DNA from: Thalia democratica
Lineage: Eukaryota
Reading direction: 5' to 3'
DNA: 64,000 bases
Assembly: GCA_965202585.1 (NCBI GenBank)
Contig: OZ241827.1
Location: 22,506,001-22,570,000, forward strand
Shown: positions 35,801 to 50,300 of the stretch, one piece after another
Layout: each line of letters opens with the position of its first letter
Position numbering within the stretch: position 1 is the stretch's first letter
Translations under genes and position numbers: made by a program
Notes under the pieces: model-generated
Told to the model about the DNA's origin: nothing
Seen by the model: the letters and a program-made list of their open reading frames with translations, nothing else
Database searches by the model: none

Positions 35801-38800
35801 TAGGACGGTTATCTCGTCCAACATCGACGAGCCGGAAGGTTCCACGGACGCACTCATGCAAATCGCCGTTTGTCAGGTGACTTTGTTTTTCAAATTATTT
35901 TTAAATATGATTTTTTTCTTAGGCATAGCTAAAGTTATAATTAGTTTTTAAAATTATGCTTACATATTATAGTTCTGATACTTCCAAAACTGCATTATAT
36001 TCCGGTACTTTAGAAATCTAAAAACATTTTAAAAAGTTCTTAAACTAATTTAATCATTCTTTAATTTTCACTTAGTTGAGCTACTTAAATTATTTCGGAA
36101 GAAAAAAATTAATTTCGGCATTATACTGAAAACCTTGTAAGCAAACTCAACAAAACCATAGAAATGGCCAACAATATACCAGCTTAAACATTCTTACAGA
36201 CACAGTTTAAGTAACATTTCAAAACACAGGACATCATAGGATGGAGACCGGAAGCGTTGCACGTCATTCTGTTGACCACTGACGCGGTGCCCCATTTCGC
36301 CATGGACGCTAAAATTGCCAACGTCCATCAGCCGTGCCTGAACAGCTGTCAGTTGAGAAAAGTCGAAACAAAATCGTCGAAGGTAAAAACCCTTTTACTT
36401 AAACAGACTTTTCTATAAAATTATGTTTAATTGTTTTAGTTCACCTAAAGTTTTTCTTTCAAAGCTTTAATTTGTTTTTCCAACTTCTAATGTTAGTCGT
36501 ATTTAAGTTTTTCTTCTTTCGTTACTTATTTTGAAATATCAAGCCTTTGATCGGACTAATATACATAATATTTATTGAACGATAAAAAAGCGCTCAAAAA
36601 GTTTGGTCGAAGGACCTGGTGTACTAAAAAACCTTTCGGTCATCGAGCCTTACACAGCAGTTGACAATTATTAAAACTATGTTTTTCAACTGAAGGGCTC
36701 ATACACAGAGGTGCACTACGAATACGTCAACTCACTGACCCACGACTACCCGTCCCTGGGCCAGTTGGCCTACAACTTCAGGAAGCGCGGAATACAGGCC
36801 ATATTCGCCGTGACAAAAGAAGTTCAGCACCTCTACTCTGTAAATAAACTGTTTTTTTTTTGTAAATTATGTGTATTTTAATTTAAATTTATAAACAAAA
36901 ATTATTAGTAATGTATTTTGTCTGGTAGCTGATAATAGTTATATAAGTTAAGTTCTTTAATGAAAGTATACACAGTCAGCGCTGATTTAATTTTTATAAC
37001 CTTTATTGTTTTCATGTTAGAAGTGCTATATAATATTGTTTAACAACATGGTTGTTTTTTAAAGATAGACATTTTAACGTACAATAAAACTAAAACTACA
37101 CAATTATTTACAAAGTTTTAAAATTAATATGCAGAAGTTTCCGGAACTTTTCAAGAACTCCTATGTCGAAACATTAAGTACAGACTCGAGCAACATCATG
37201 ACAGTTATATCTAGTGCGTACGATGTAAGATGTTTTAATAGTTTTTATAGATTTAAAATTAAATTCTTAACGACCAAAAGTTACTTTAAAAACAGATAAT
37301 GCTCATTTAAATAAAATCAATAGAAAAAAATTATTTCATAAAAATTAAAGTTTGTTTGAAAATTCAGTACACTTTTGAAATTATCAAAGATACTTAATTG
37401 ACTGTTTATGTTACTTTATATTAAACTAAATCTTAGTTTTGAAAAATAAAAAAGTTAACATTTTATTGAATAACTTTTTAAAGGGATGTTTTGTGTGTTG
37501 CATAAAATTATAAAACTAAATAAGTAATTGATTAAAGTTTCATTTAGTCTATTTCCTACAAAAACAGCAAATAAAGAACATATTTACATTTTCTGAGCCA
37601 AGTCACCCAGATAACATCGATGTGTCATACCGAATATTGTGCCCCAACGCTACATCTTGGAAGAAATCACTACGCTGCACTAACGTCGAAATTAATTCGG
37701 AGGTAAGCAAATTTGAAACAGTACTAATCATTGCGACACGTATTAACTTGATCAATTTAGTTTTCGTTTAAAGTTAAAATTTTATTGTATAGTATTTTTC
37801 TTTACAATGTTTAACGCTTACGATGTTTTCGAAGTAGTTCAATTCTTTTTTATAAATAAATCTAAACAAAGGTACAATTTGAATTTGAGTTTAGTTTTAT
37901 AATATAAACATTTCGATTTTATGGTTAGAATATTGAAATACAACTTTCTATCCACAATTAATATGTTAGTTCAAGTAAAAATTTATTTCTAAACGCTTTT
38001 TGTTGTTTTAACTTGCTAGAACGTAAAAAATATCCGATAAACCTTTCGGTAGTATTTTTTGCAATTAAACTCATGACTTGTTACGTTTACTTTGTAACTT
38101 TTAAATTAAATATGTTTACTAACATATATAAGCTGTATAATTGTATAAAACATACTTTTCTTGCATTTAGCTTTCAGCAGACTGTGATTATCAAAATTGA
38201 CATTAATCAAAAAATTCTCATTTTTTCAGGTTGTTTTAGAACTTACAATTAGTGGGAAATGTTCGAAAACAAAAGAAGCACAAGAGATAATTGTGACATC
38301 TCCCACTTTGAGCAGCCAAACCAGAATTAGTTTCGGTTAGTTATTTTCTAAAAGGTGTATTAGCAAAACAAAGCATTTGCAATAGTTGATCAGTGAAGTT
38401 TGGGAAAAGTTGTGTAGTTTAGATCACTTATAGTTTTAAATATCTTAATCAAAGGTTTTTCGAAAGACACAAAATATTTGTTTATAACAGCTTTTAATAA
38501 GTAACAGGCAGATGTTTAAATAAAATTAAAGAAAACGTTTTCTGTCTGCCGCATTTGTTTAAAATTTATTATAGCTTCACTGTAAAAGTAATATTCTAAA
38601 CCAAAACTATGATAAGTTAAGCAGTAATAAAGCTTTAATGAAAGTTATTATCAAATTAAGAGCCTAATTATAGTTCTATACCACAAAAACTTGTTTTTGA
38701 CTGCTTAAAAAAAGTATGTTTCTACTTAAAAAGTACCTCACAGGCTGCAGGGTTTGCTTCGTGGGCCGCATTTGGTTAACAATCTGTAGTTTCTTTTGTT

Positions 38801-41800
38801 GAAGAATAGACAGTTAATAAACAGATAAATCAAAACAATGTTTTTTTTAATCACAGAAGCCTTTTGCAAATGCAATTGTGAAGGCTATCCAACTGAAAAC
38901 GATGAATACTGCAACAATCACGGAACAGCCTCGGTAAGCTACAACTTATACAATCAGTTATTTGTTTGTTTTCTTAAAACTAATATTTAAACATATCTAA
39001 ATCGACAGTGTGGGTTATGTCGGTGCAACAATGGCTGGAGTGGGCCGAATTGCGAGTGCCGATCTAAAAACTCAACGGCGCAACTTCAACAAGAGTGCAC
39101 CAGTCCACAAAATGAAAAAATTTGCAGGTATATCTATGAGTTGTGGTTTTTAAAGTATTTGGTTTTATTTCAGTTTCAAATTAAAACTAAAATATTATTT
39201 TAACATCGTAGTTTTCCTTTAAGTTTATGGAAAATACTTTTGCTACTCTTTTTGAACTAATTAAAAACAACATTTTAAGATTTGGTTGTTAAAATATCTG
39301 ATAACAACTAATAAATAAACTACTAATGGATAACAATATTAGTAACCACGGATCTTGCAATTGTGGTCATTGTGAGTGTAGTTCGTCTGAGTTCTTCGGA
39401 AAGTATTGTCAATGTGTCTCAACGGGATGCAAAAAGCAAAATGGACAATATTGCGGAGGTTAAATTTTGGTACTTATAAAAGTACTTTTAAAATTTCAAT
39501 GTATTTATCGTTGAGTGAACAAATAATAATATATTACTGTTGTACATAACATTCAATGAGTATACTACATTTTAAGCTTTGAAAATCAAGCTTTTATTTT
39601 TATGCTACGTTGATAACGTACATTTAGAAAGCTAAGAAAATAATTATTTTTGCTGAAAAATTTAAACCCGCTTTATTTTAAATCTATCAAGATATTTTCC
39701 TAATATTTTATTTTTTTTATAATATGGTTTATATTAGTTTAGCATTAATAATTTAATTCTAGTATAATAACTTTTATTTTATTTAAGTACTTTAAAAATC
39801 AACTTGTTTTAAGTTATTTTTAATTAAGTATGTTCTTAGAACAAGTTAACAATTTTGTTTAAATTACAATTAGTTTGTTTATACAATACTTACTTTTTTA
39901 ACAAATAAACATGTAAAAGAATTTTTGTAATTAACTTTTTAAAGGCTGTAATATATTATTATTATTATTATTTCTTACTAAAACCACTTTTTAAGTATTA
40001 CGTGAAAATTAATACAAAACTTAAATTTTTAATAAATTATTTGATATAAGTATTTGAAAAAAACTGATGCTAAAGAGTTTACTTATAGTAGTCTGTAAGT
40101 AAGTTTTAACTTAATTAATCGATATATTTTCCATAAATAGAGTGCTTTTTTATGATATATTATTTCTGCAAAGTTTGTTTTAAGTTTTTCAAGACTTTTT
40201 TTTTAACTTATTACTCTATTTTTAAAACAAAAATTACTTTCTTACAGGGTTTAGTAATACATTCATAACACATTAAATAGTAAAACCACTTAATAAAGTA
40301 TTAACAAAAGGTTCGTTGATAAATTTGACTTAAGTCATTTACTGTAAAAGCGTTTAGATCTAGTTCCTGTAACAACTTTACATGCACGATCACAAAAACT
40401 TATACTTGTTAATTAGCTTAACTCAATTATGACGAGATAAAAGAATTAGTTTAACCTGTAAAAAAAAATTTTGTTTCAATTCAGGTGCAGAACGCGGAGT
40501 GTGCAAGAACTGCGACAACGATCAAAAGTGTGAATGCAACGCGGCCAAGGGATGGAGTTTCAGTAAGAAGTCGCAGTCTTGCGATTGCAACGACGCTTAC
40601 TGCACTGAAAATTCTCACCGCATGGTGTGCTCAGGGAGAGGAAAATGCGATTGCGATAAATGCAGTTGCGACGATCCGGTACTTTGTTTTTGTAGTTAAA
40701 AATTATCTAGGTTTAAAAAAAATTAAATGTGCACAAGTTTACAGTTTATTAAATGTTATCTTGTTATGCTTTTTAAAAATTATTTAACATTATAGTAAGA
40801 TTCTTTAAATATTAATTTCATAACTAAACAAATGTAAGTTTTCTAAGGTTTCAGTTAGTTGTCGATTAAAACCTCAAATTAATAAATGACTTGCACTATA
40901 TAAAACTGCAACATTATTAATACTTTTAGCCTAATGCAAACATTACTATTAAAATAATGTTGTCTGTATGTTAAACACACATTTAAACTATATTAAAAAC
41001 TAACATCAAAAATTTTTTTTTACAGAATCATTAAGTTGTGAGCTATTATAAAAATTTTTGTTTTAATTAGAACTTGTATTACGGAACATATTGTGAGAAA
41101 TGTGGGCATCCTGACTGTAAAAATATGGACCAAACTTGCAAAAACAAATTGTTCAAAAGTTGTGCTCTTTGCTTTTATAAAGATGTTAGTGTTAAAACAA
41201 CTTTTTAATTAAATATTCATTACTGATTCTTAGCTTGTTTTGATTCAAATTTCTTATAAATATTTGGATGTTTTTGTCAACAATAGAAGTTTTATTTATT
41301 CAATCTTCTTTTTCTCATTTATACTACTTTATTGTAGTCAACTGGTGAGTCATGCAAACAAAAGTGCACACAAAACAACGAAACACTGCTGGGAGAAGTC
41401 GTGGAAAATTTTCCCCAATGCGAAACTTGCTTGACGAGTCTGGACAGTGAAGTGTGTCGCGAGTGTGAAAAATATAACAAGTTCGTCAATAAAAACAATG
41501 AGTTAATTGCCAAAAGGCCTACTTTCTTTCAGTTAAACTATCTATAGCATTTAAAAAAAAATACTCCAATTTTGTTAGATAAACTTACTACTTGAAACTA
41601 ATATTTCTAGAGAGGTTTTCCAGCCAATCCACTGCACGGCTGGAGATGAAAAGTATTGCAAGGCAAGCTACATGGTTGTCTGGTATGCGGATTACAAGTC
41701 TTACTACTTGATTGTTCTCAATAGACATGCAGAAAAGGGTTTGTTTGATTTGTACTAATTATTTTCTTAAAAGAAAAAAAAAATTGAGTTTTTTATTTAA

Positions 41801-43088
41801 TAAAGACAATTGGATTTGTTCCACAATTTTTATAAAATTTTGTGGATGACAGTGATTAACTAGAATAACAGTGGATAAAACTAATTTCACTGTTAACTTA
41901 CTGATTTGTTATTCAAGTTTATATGTCTATTTACTAAAAAAAAAGTATAAATTTGTTTTAAGTACTTTTTGCGTCGATTATAGCACCAAACTTTTTTTTG
42001 TTATTTAGATTGCCCAGCGCCGATAAATCCCCTTTATATAGCATTGCCAATCGGAGGAACGTTTTTGATTGGTGCAATAATCGCGCTAATAATATACAAG
42101 ATTGTGCAGAACAGAATAGACCAGCGTAGGTACGAAGACTTTATAAAGGAAATAAATTCAGGGATGTATCAAGTTAGTTGTTTTTTTTGAATAAAAGTGT
42201 ATCGGCCATTATGACTATGACTTGTTAGCTTTTATATAACTAGCTTAGTCGTCTTACGTAACTAGTGAAAAAATGAGCATAGTTTATAATATAGTTCCAA
42301 TTGTACTAGTTTATTGAAAATGTTTTAAACAAGTTTATATGTCTTTATTTTCAAACTGTTAAGAGCAGCAAAAATTAAACTGAGTCTACTAAAACAAATA
42401 TTTAAATTTACAGGGTACGTTTTTAATTCTATAAATATTTTCTTACTGACCAAATTTTAAAATTGTTTCTAGACTTTTGTATAAACCTAACATGAAACGT
42501 TTAAATTTAAATAAAAGGGAGGTGTTTAAGTTGTTTACAATTCAAACATTTAAACTAGAAAACAATTTTTTGTTTAAGTTAAACGTCATAGCTAATAAAA
42601 CACTTCACTTTTTTGGTATAAGTTTCCAGATTGTTATAACAAAATTCTTATCAATACTAATATAATTAAACTAATTTAGTCCTAGGCTTAAAGTGTTACT
42701 ATATAGTGTGTTTTTTACAAGTATTCTTAATTTAGGTAGAAAAAAAAAAACTTTAAGCACTTTGATAAACATATATTAAAAACTATAAAGCTATTTGAAG
42801 GTAACAAAAAGCCTATAAAACTTCTATTATAGTATTTAACCTAAAGTTAAAAATACTTGTTAAGTCTAATAATAATAACCAAAAACCATCAAATTTAAAA
42901 ATAATTATTAACAACTCTTACTAAGTAATAGTTCTTTTCTAAGGATTACTAAACGTTACAAGTTTTCTTGACTTCAATCTATTTATAAAACTTTATTTCA
43001 ATTTGTCTTATTTAAACAGCAAGTGGAGAACCCAGTGTACCGTAGATGCACAATAAGAGTGGAGAATCCAATATTTATAAAAAGCTAA
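32848..43088 (+). CDS. integrin beta subunit, 847 aa, 20 exons
   Basis: Exons 32848-32911, 33224-33359, 33727-33890, 34815-34927, 35297-35412, 35699-35876, 36230-36382, 36696-36839, 37135-37224, 37568-37702, 38230-38335, 38857-38933, 39009-39127, 39343-39458, 40485-40678, 41071-41184, 41338-41501, 41611-41738, 42009-42172, 43020-43088 (2544 nt, in phase). Signal peptide, PSI ([14 protein letters not shown]), [38 protein letters not shown], four I-EGF repeats, TM helix, tail NPVY and NPIF. Confidence 0.96.
36571..36660 (-). repeat. three-hairpin SINE-like repeat, copy 4 (integrin intron 7)
   Basis: Reverse complement CTCGATGACCGAAAGGTTTTTTAGTACACCAGGTCCTTCGACCAAACTTTTTGAGCGCTTTTTTATCGTTCAATAAA. 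Confidence 0.75.
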
Positions 43089-43332
43089 CAACGGGAGACA
43101 ATTGTCAGAATTCTTATACTGGATGTGTTACAATTTTCTAAGATAACAAACGAACTATTGAATGATGTTAGCAGTATAAAATTGCACTGGGTTTTGTATT
43201 TGAGCAAAATTAAACTGAATTAATAGCTAGCTGGGTTTGCTTGTAATGGATACTGTGTAATTTTTGCTTTTGTATATAAATTTTCAAACTCGTCTCATTT
43301 GTTTTATACTTTTGTAAATTAGTCGCTTAGTA

Positions 43333-43338
43333 AATAAA
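43333..43338 (+). promoter_or_regulatory. probable polyadenylation signal of the integrin beta gene
   Basis: AATAAA about 245 nt after the stop codon. Confidence 0.4.
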
Positions 43339-44303
43339 GTTTTTCCTTAACTTTTTTATTTTGAAATGTGTACACAAGCACTATTTAACTTTGAAAAAAA
43401 GATTATACTATTGTGTATTTATATTGTTGATATAAAACTAAAAACGATTGTACAATTAATTAAAATATATACATAAGAAATGTAAAAAACAACCGTATAC
43501 TTTGTAGCAGAACCGTTTTTCTACTAAATTTCCTATAAAAGTTACATTAGTTTTCAACATTTATATAGTCTACAAGGAGTTATTTACAATAAAACTAATA
43601 ATTCATTAAAACTGCTTAGTTTAGTAGAATATAGCATGAAGTCAGATTTGAAACACAGATCGAACAAAGTTGTATAAAATATAAATTATAAATTTAAAAT
43701 TTATTTTTTAGCTTAAAAAAACAACTAAGCATTTTTTATCAAATCGCTGAACAATGTAAATTTTAAAAAACTTAGTAGTAAAATTTTAAGTAAAACAAAA
43801 TTCAATATAACAAAAAACATTCAAATGAACCTTGAGTTACAATAATAATCAGAGAAAATTAAATTTTTAAATTGTACTTTTGTATATGTAAAATTTACAA
43901 ACCAACCATGGTTATATCTTTCACAAATACAGCTCATTTTTGTATAAGTTAAAAAAATAAAATCTTAAGCTAACTTAAATGCAGTTAACAGTTACAATAT
44001 AATTTACAGATAGTTTAAAACTCCTTAGCTTTTTCTCCAAAAAAAAAAAAGTTTGTAAAATCTTTCTGAATCGTAATTACGTTTAAAATATAAAATATAG
44101 CGAGTAAACTTTCAATATCGTAAATAACAACATGACTAGTTACAGCTACCTTTTGAACAATTTCAAAAATAAATAAAAAACCCAAGCTAAGTTAGATGCT
44201 TCTGAATATGTGAAAATAATACTGTCACTAACAAATGTATAAAAAAATCACTAATCTGAAAATGTTCAGCCTTTTTTAAAACATCAGTTCCAACATTAAA
44301 ATT

Positions 44304-47300
44304 TCAACTGTCCTCGTCAGCATCGTGAATATCTCTCTGCAGCCGGACGACGTCCGCGTCATAACCTCTGACGTCATTGGCCGCCTCCGTCAACCGCGAC
44401 GTCATAATCCTCCGACACGCCTCGATGGGCAGCACCTCGATCTCGCCCTCCAGCAAATCTTGACCCTCTGCGGCTTCAAACAGGCCCAGTCGAACCAACG
44501 CACGCAGCGTTTCAACGACGTCGAAGTAGTCGTGGGGGGTGGCGGCCATGTTGCCGGGCAGGTTCTTGTACAGCCACGACAAGCATTCGGAATTCACGCT
44601 CCGGTAGTCGATCGGATGCTCTGTATTTTTTTTTTGTTTTGTTGGTGTGTAAATAAAAAGAGGTAGTTGTCAGTTCTCACATTGAATTTAGTTTTAACTC
44701 CTAACCTCAAAGCCACAACAGATCAGTTGTGACTCGTTATTATATAGTCATATGAGAGATTTATGAACAAAATGTTTGAACGAGTACAAATTATAAACAG
44801 GTTTTGTATAACAATTAAGTTCTAAATTAAAAAAAAATATCTATGTCAGTTTAATTTATCTAGAATTTTGAAATTTAAGGGCTACAAATAATACAGAGCT
44901 ATGTTTATAAAAATAATAATTTAAACTATCCGAAAAAAATGAAAAACCTCCCTTACACTTCTTCATCCAGGCGATGGAGTAAACGAGAATGAGTTTTATA
45001 ACATCCTTGTCATCAGCAGTTGACATTATTTCTTGTAACAAAGCTTCATCCCTGGATTGGTGAAGTTCTAATAGTTTGCTCTTCCATTTCAAATGACCCC
45101 TTGCAAACTGAGCCTTGTTTTTTGTCTGAAACCTTTGAGTGAATTAAGATTTTCTGAATTAATTTTTGACCCAATTTCTTATGTATAAAATACAAGCATA
45201 CCATTTTTTATCGAGATCCTTAAAGACAACTTTAAAAAACATCAAAAAGTTTAAAATTTTAATCTAAAAGGTATTTGCTTTATTTTCAAAAGGAAGAAGA
45301 GACATTGTAAAAACTTATAAAAACTAAAACAAAATGTGTAAATTATCACCTCACAGTTTGCAGAGTGATCACAGTGAGCGACAGAGGGAGCAAAAACAAA
45401 CTCAGTGATGCGTGGTCCAGCAGAAAAGTCCCCATGTTGAGAATGAGAAGAAAGCCGGAAATGAGTTTGAACGTGTAAACCTGCACTTCTTTCGTCAGTG
45501 GAATTTCAACTCTGAAATTTATTCAAACCTTCACACAGATGAATATTAATAGAGGCTAAAAAAATTTCAAACATTTTTGCTGAACAGGATTATTCAGTTT
45601 CGTTAATTCAAAGCAGAGATTTTTGGTTGCAAAAATGTGACTTACGTGTTTTCAGCCAGCACAAACTTGAAGTTATTCTCAGGCACATTCTGGTAGCTGA
45701 CCAGTTTGAACTGGTTGTCTTTTTTATTGCAACTTGCCACAATCATTTTTTGGTGCAAATTTTTTGGTCTTGAAATTAAATAAAACTAGTTTAACTTTTT
45801 TTACACGAGATACTTTTTTAAACTGAGCTCCTAACATAGTTAAAAGTATCTGTTACAAAATTTTATATATAACTTATTTAATATAATATATATAACAATA
45901 AGTTTTCAAGAAAAAACTTATACACATTTAACAATAAAACAATAAAAACTTTTTATAATACTTGCAAAAAACTTTAAACAAATTCTTAAACGAAACTCAA
46001 ATAAATTAAGAGGTTATATTAGGACAAAATAAATTCTTACAATACTGATTATATTGAACGTTTAAAAGTTAATACATTTAAAACTAAAAACTAAGTAAAA
46101 TAAATGAATGAAATAACGAACTAAAAACTTTATAGTCAGACATGTCTTTTGAAATACCTACACAGAAAAAATAAAACAGATAGTAGTAATTTAGTGAAAA
46201 TGTTAGAAACAAATCTTAAATATCCAGATATGAGATATACTGCATAGTTATTGAGTTTTATAGTCATGATAGCAATAGTAAGATATGCAATTAAGAGTTG
46301 GCAGAAGAGAGGGGTCAAGCGGACATTGACTTTTTTGTTGAATAGAAAATTAAACTAAATGTTATACATAGGTTGTTAGAACTTGATTTCTTGTTTTTAA
46401 AAAAAGTTTTTTATTTTGCTTTCAATAATTCAGAAATTATGTTAGAGTTTAGGTCTAACCAGTACTTGCATTTTTCAGTCTAAATTTTTCATAATTAATT
46501 TAAATTTTTCATAAAATAGCTTGAGAATACTACGGAAAACTACCTGAAATACTTTATTATAAATGTTGTTTTTACTATCTTTCTTAAATTTGGTCTAGTG
46601 TACATCAAAAAGTTTGATAAGTTGTTTGAAAACACAAAATTCTAGAGATTTTTTTCTTATAGACTGTTTTTTTTAAGTATTAAAGATTTAAAATATTTTT
46701 TGCAAAAATATAAAAAAAATTTGCTATGAGAAAATAATTTTCTATATAATTATTTTGCAAGCGTTACTTTGGCTCGAATAGCGTTTTTCGTATATATAAC
46801 TTTTTAACCAAATTTTAAAACCTATTATTTCCAATTTCTTTAATGCTAACTTGGAACTTTTTTTTTTAATTCTAAAGAACGTTCTTTTGCTCAGCTTTTC
46901 AAAATAATTTTCATTGAATTGGGGTTTTACTTTTGTAGTGGAGCCCCTTTAAAAATTTTAATTGTTTTTTCCATTATTTTACTTTGCAACATTAATCTAA
47001 ATTCAAGTTTTACCTAAACTTTTTGTTTACGTAATTTGAGGGATTTCTTGGTCAAATGATAAGAATTTAGGTAAAACTTAAGTGGGTCATATATTTGAAA
47101 AATGATAATAAGTTGGAAAAAAGTATAATAACGTTATAAAACTTAATTATATAAGTCTGTTAAAATAAAACTTATTAAGAAATAATTTACTTTTGTTATA
47201 AAACCATGTAAAAAACCCAAACCGTTCAAATTTGGAATTTTTCTGAAAAATTTATTTAAGCAAATGTAAAAAAAAACTTTGAAAAAAAAATTAGTAATGT

Positions 47301-50300
47301 CTTAAATTCAATTTAATAAGTATGTTAATAATAAAAAAAATAGAAAAAAAAATTTTGGAGAAAAACGTTTCAAAGTGAAAAAATTCAAAAAAACATTGAA
47401 TTTTTAAAGGGGCCCTAGTATAAAAATAAAACCCCAATTTGATGAAAATTATTGTGAAAAACAAAAAAGCGTTCTTTAAAAAAAAAAAAAAGTTCCAAGT
47501 AAGCATTAAAGAAATTGGAAATAATTGGTTTTAAAGTTTGATTAAAAAAAAAATTGCAAAAAATTCTATTCCAGCCAAGGTAACGTTGGTTATTATTTTT
47601 AGCCTTTTCTCTTATATGTGATCCAGCTCAGCAAAAAAAAAAAGCTTGTTTCTTACAGGCCTTTTGAGATATATTACCATTAATATACCTTAAGTAGCCC
47701 TAAAGAGTGCTAAAGTTTAAAAACAAATTAAAAATTGAGAAATACACAAATTTAAAAATTTTTAAATTTTAGAAACTCAGTACTATATTCAAATAAGACT
47801 TAAAAAAAAGCAAAAATTTAGGTATCTTATATTTTTTAGCTTTATCATGTCTCAACTTTGAAGTAAATTTATGTAAATTTATATTTTAACTCTTACATAA
47901 CATTTGAAAAACTTGAAGTAGAAAGGAAACAAAATGGTTTTAAAAATAAGAAAACCAATTTTACCCGATTGTGAATAAAACTTGATATGATTTTCTAGTT
48001 GTTTAAAAAGTCAATGGGCGCTTGCTAACCCACTATGCACTTATCATAACTGTACTTGAAAATACCTCATTAAATAAAATTGAAGTATAATTAACATTTC
48101 TTAAACTTGTATTTTATTTTTTGTAAAATTGTTTTAAATTTGCTAGAAGTTTATTAAGTAGTATTTTTTTATAAAATAACAAAGTTAAAACAATTAGAGC
48201 TCATAGGCTTCTTATCAAAGGTACACACTAGTATAGAGAAAACACTAATTTGCTATAAAATAAGAAATAACTATATAAATAAAGCTAAAAACTAAAGGGC
48301 ATAGGGGAGTGCAGCACTTTTTACATGTTGATCTGATTTTAAAGGTTTTTAACATGCTAGTAATTGATTTTTACCCCTTTGTAAAGTTCAAATAAATATT
48401 TGAGAAACAAGGGTACAAAGTTGTAAAGCTCAATAGATTCTTTATGGAAGGACCAAAGTAAAAAGTCAAAAAATCTTCTACAGTTTTTAAACCATTTTTT
48501 TGAAACTTTCTCAGTTTAATCTTAACCAAATAACAAATATTCTTTTGTAAAAAATTTCTATTTACAGTAACTTAGAAAAAATATAACGGACTACTTTTTT
48601 ACTTTGGTCATAATATTCGTAAATTTAAATTTTATTTTTAATTCTTATAATGGTATTTTTTCTATTAATGCAAGGAACATTTCCTAAAAATTTGAGGCTA
48701 ATTGACCAAAAAAGGAAGGACAAGATAGATTTTTAGTAAATTTTTGAAAATTCCAAGGAAAACAACAATGAACAATTTAAAATGTCCTTAATGGCCTTAA
48801 AAACGTCCTTTAATATGTTTAAAAATCTTCATAAACTAAATACTGTAACATTTTAAATTGAAACAAAGTCTACAAATTACTTTTATAGATATTTATTACT
48901 TTTGTAAAACTTTCAAACTTAAAAGTTTTAACAAATGCAGAAAATAAACAATCGTAAATGTGTTCTTTTGCTTTTAAACATAGACAAAACATACCTTTAA
49001 AATTTTTGAACTGTTGTGTTTTATTCAAAACTTTTCAAAATACTTTGCTAACTACAAGAAACTTAATCTTTAAAATTTGATAAAAAAACTTTTGTTTATT
49101 TGTATAAAATACAATTTTACTTATTTATTTATACCCTTAACTTTTTTTTTTCCTAATTTGAGTTCTACTAGAATTAAACTAAATTTATATTAATTAATAA
49201 ATACACAGTTAAATAAAAAAAATCAAACTTCATAACAAATAGAACATTTATAGTTGAGAAATTTAATGCTTTCTAATTTAAAGTTGTATTACCATTAAAC
49301 AAGTGACAATTTATTACTTTTTAACTAACCATCAAAACTTAAAGTAGTCAGTGCTTTAGTACTATTTATACAATAACTATCTTATGAAGGAATTTCATGT
49401 ATTAACAGTTATGAAAATTTTTAATAATTGTTTGTTTAATCTCTAAATGTATTTTTTTGTATTTACTGAAAACAACCTCCTTACAAACTAAAAATACTGA
49501 AGAATTATTATATTGTCAATTAACAGATAATTGTTTGACTCACAATAGTTTAATGAAATCTTAAACAAGCTTAGTATAAAAAATTAAAGTTTACAAACTT
49601 GTATGCATGTTAAGTAAAAAATTAAATACTTGTTCGAGCTCAATGGCTTATCTAAAGAAATCCGTTTGTCTGTTTCTACAACTTTTCTTCCACAAACCCA
49701 ATATTTCAACACCTTATAACTTTCTCTATCAACAGTAAGCTGTTCATTAAATTAAATTTACTAACATTTTAGGACTAAAAATCGAAAAACTGCTTTACTT
49801 TAAATTATTACAAAATTAATTTTTTTATGTAAAATAAACTAACAAACTAGCTTTACTGTCTGAAGCAAACTCAAAAATTATTATGTATTAATTTTACAAA
49901 AATATATTCTAATAAACTTAGATTAAATAAGCTGTGAAGTTAAAATTTAATGAAAACTTTTGCAACAGTAATTCAATAACCTTTGATTACTAAGTATAAA
50001 TTCATTTTAATAAAAAAAATAATAATATAACTTACTTCCAAATAAAATGTATTTTAACTAAGTTTAAAAGAAAAAAAACAGTAAAAGTAATATAAGTCAC
50101 CAGCTTCACAACAATTATCACTTTCAAAACTTTCTTTGCACAAAAAAAAGCTATTAACAAACACTTTTTAAAATCATGATAAACAGTTTGATATTTTTAA
50201 AAAAACATTTTTTTTTTTCATTTCAAACCTAAACCTCAATACCATAGCAATATAACTAATTATAATTTATAGTTACACTGTAAATGTATTGGTATTTTAA

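Noticed and set aside
46129-46157. Possible micro-exon reading YFKRH, resembling TMEM143 RYFKR
   Set aside because: Exons 49739-49630 and 45768-45646 already join in phase and supply the equivalent segment; the YFKRH frame has no in-phase acceptor downstream.
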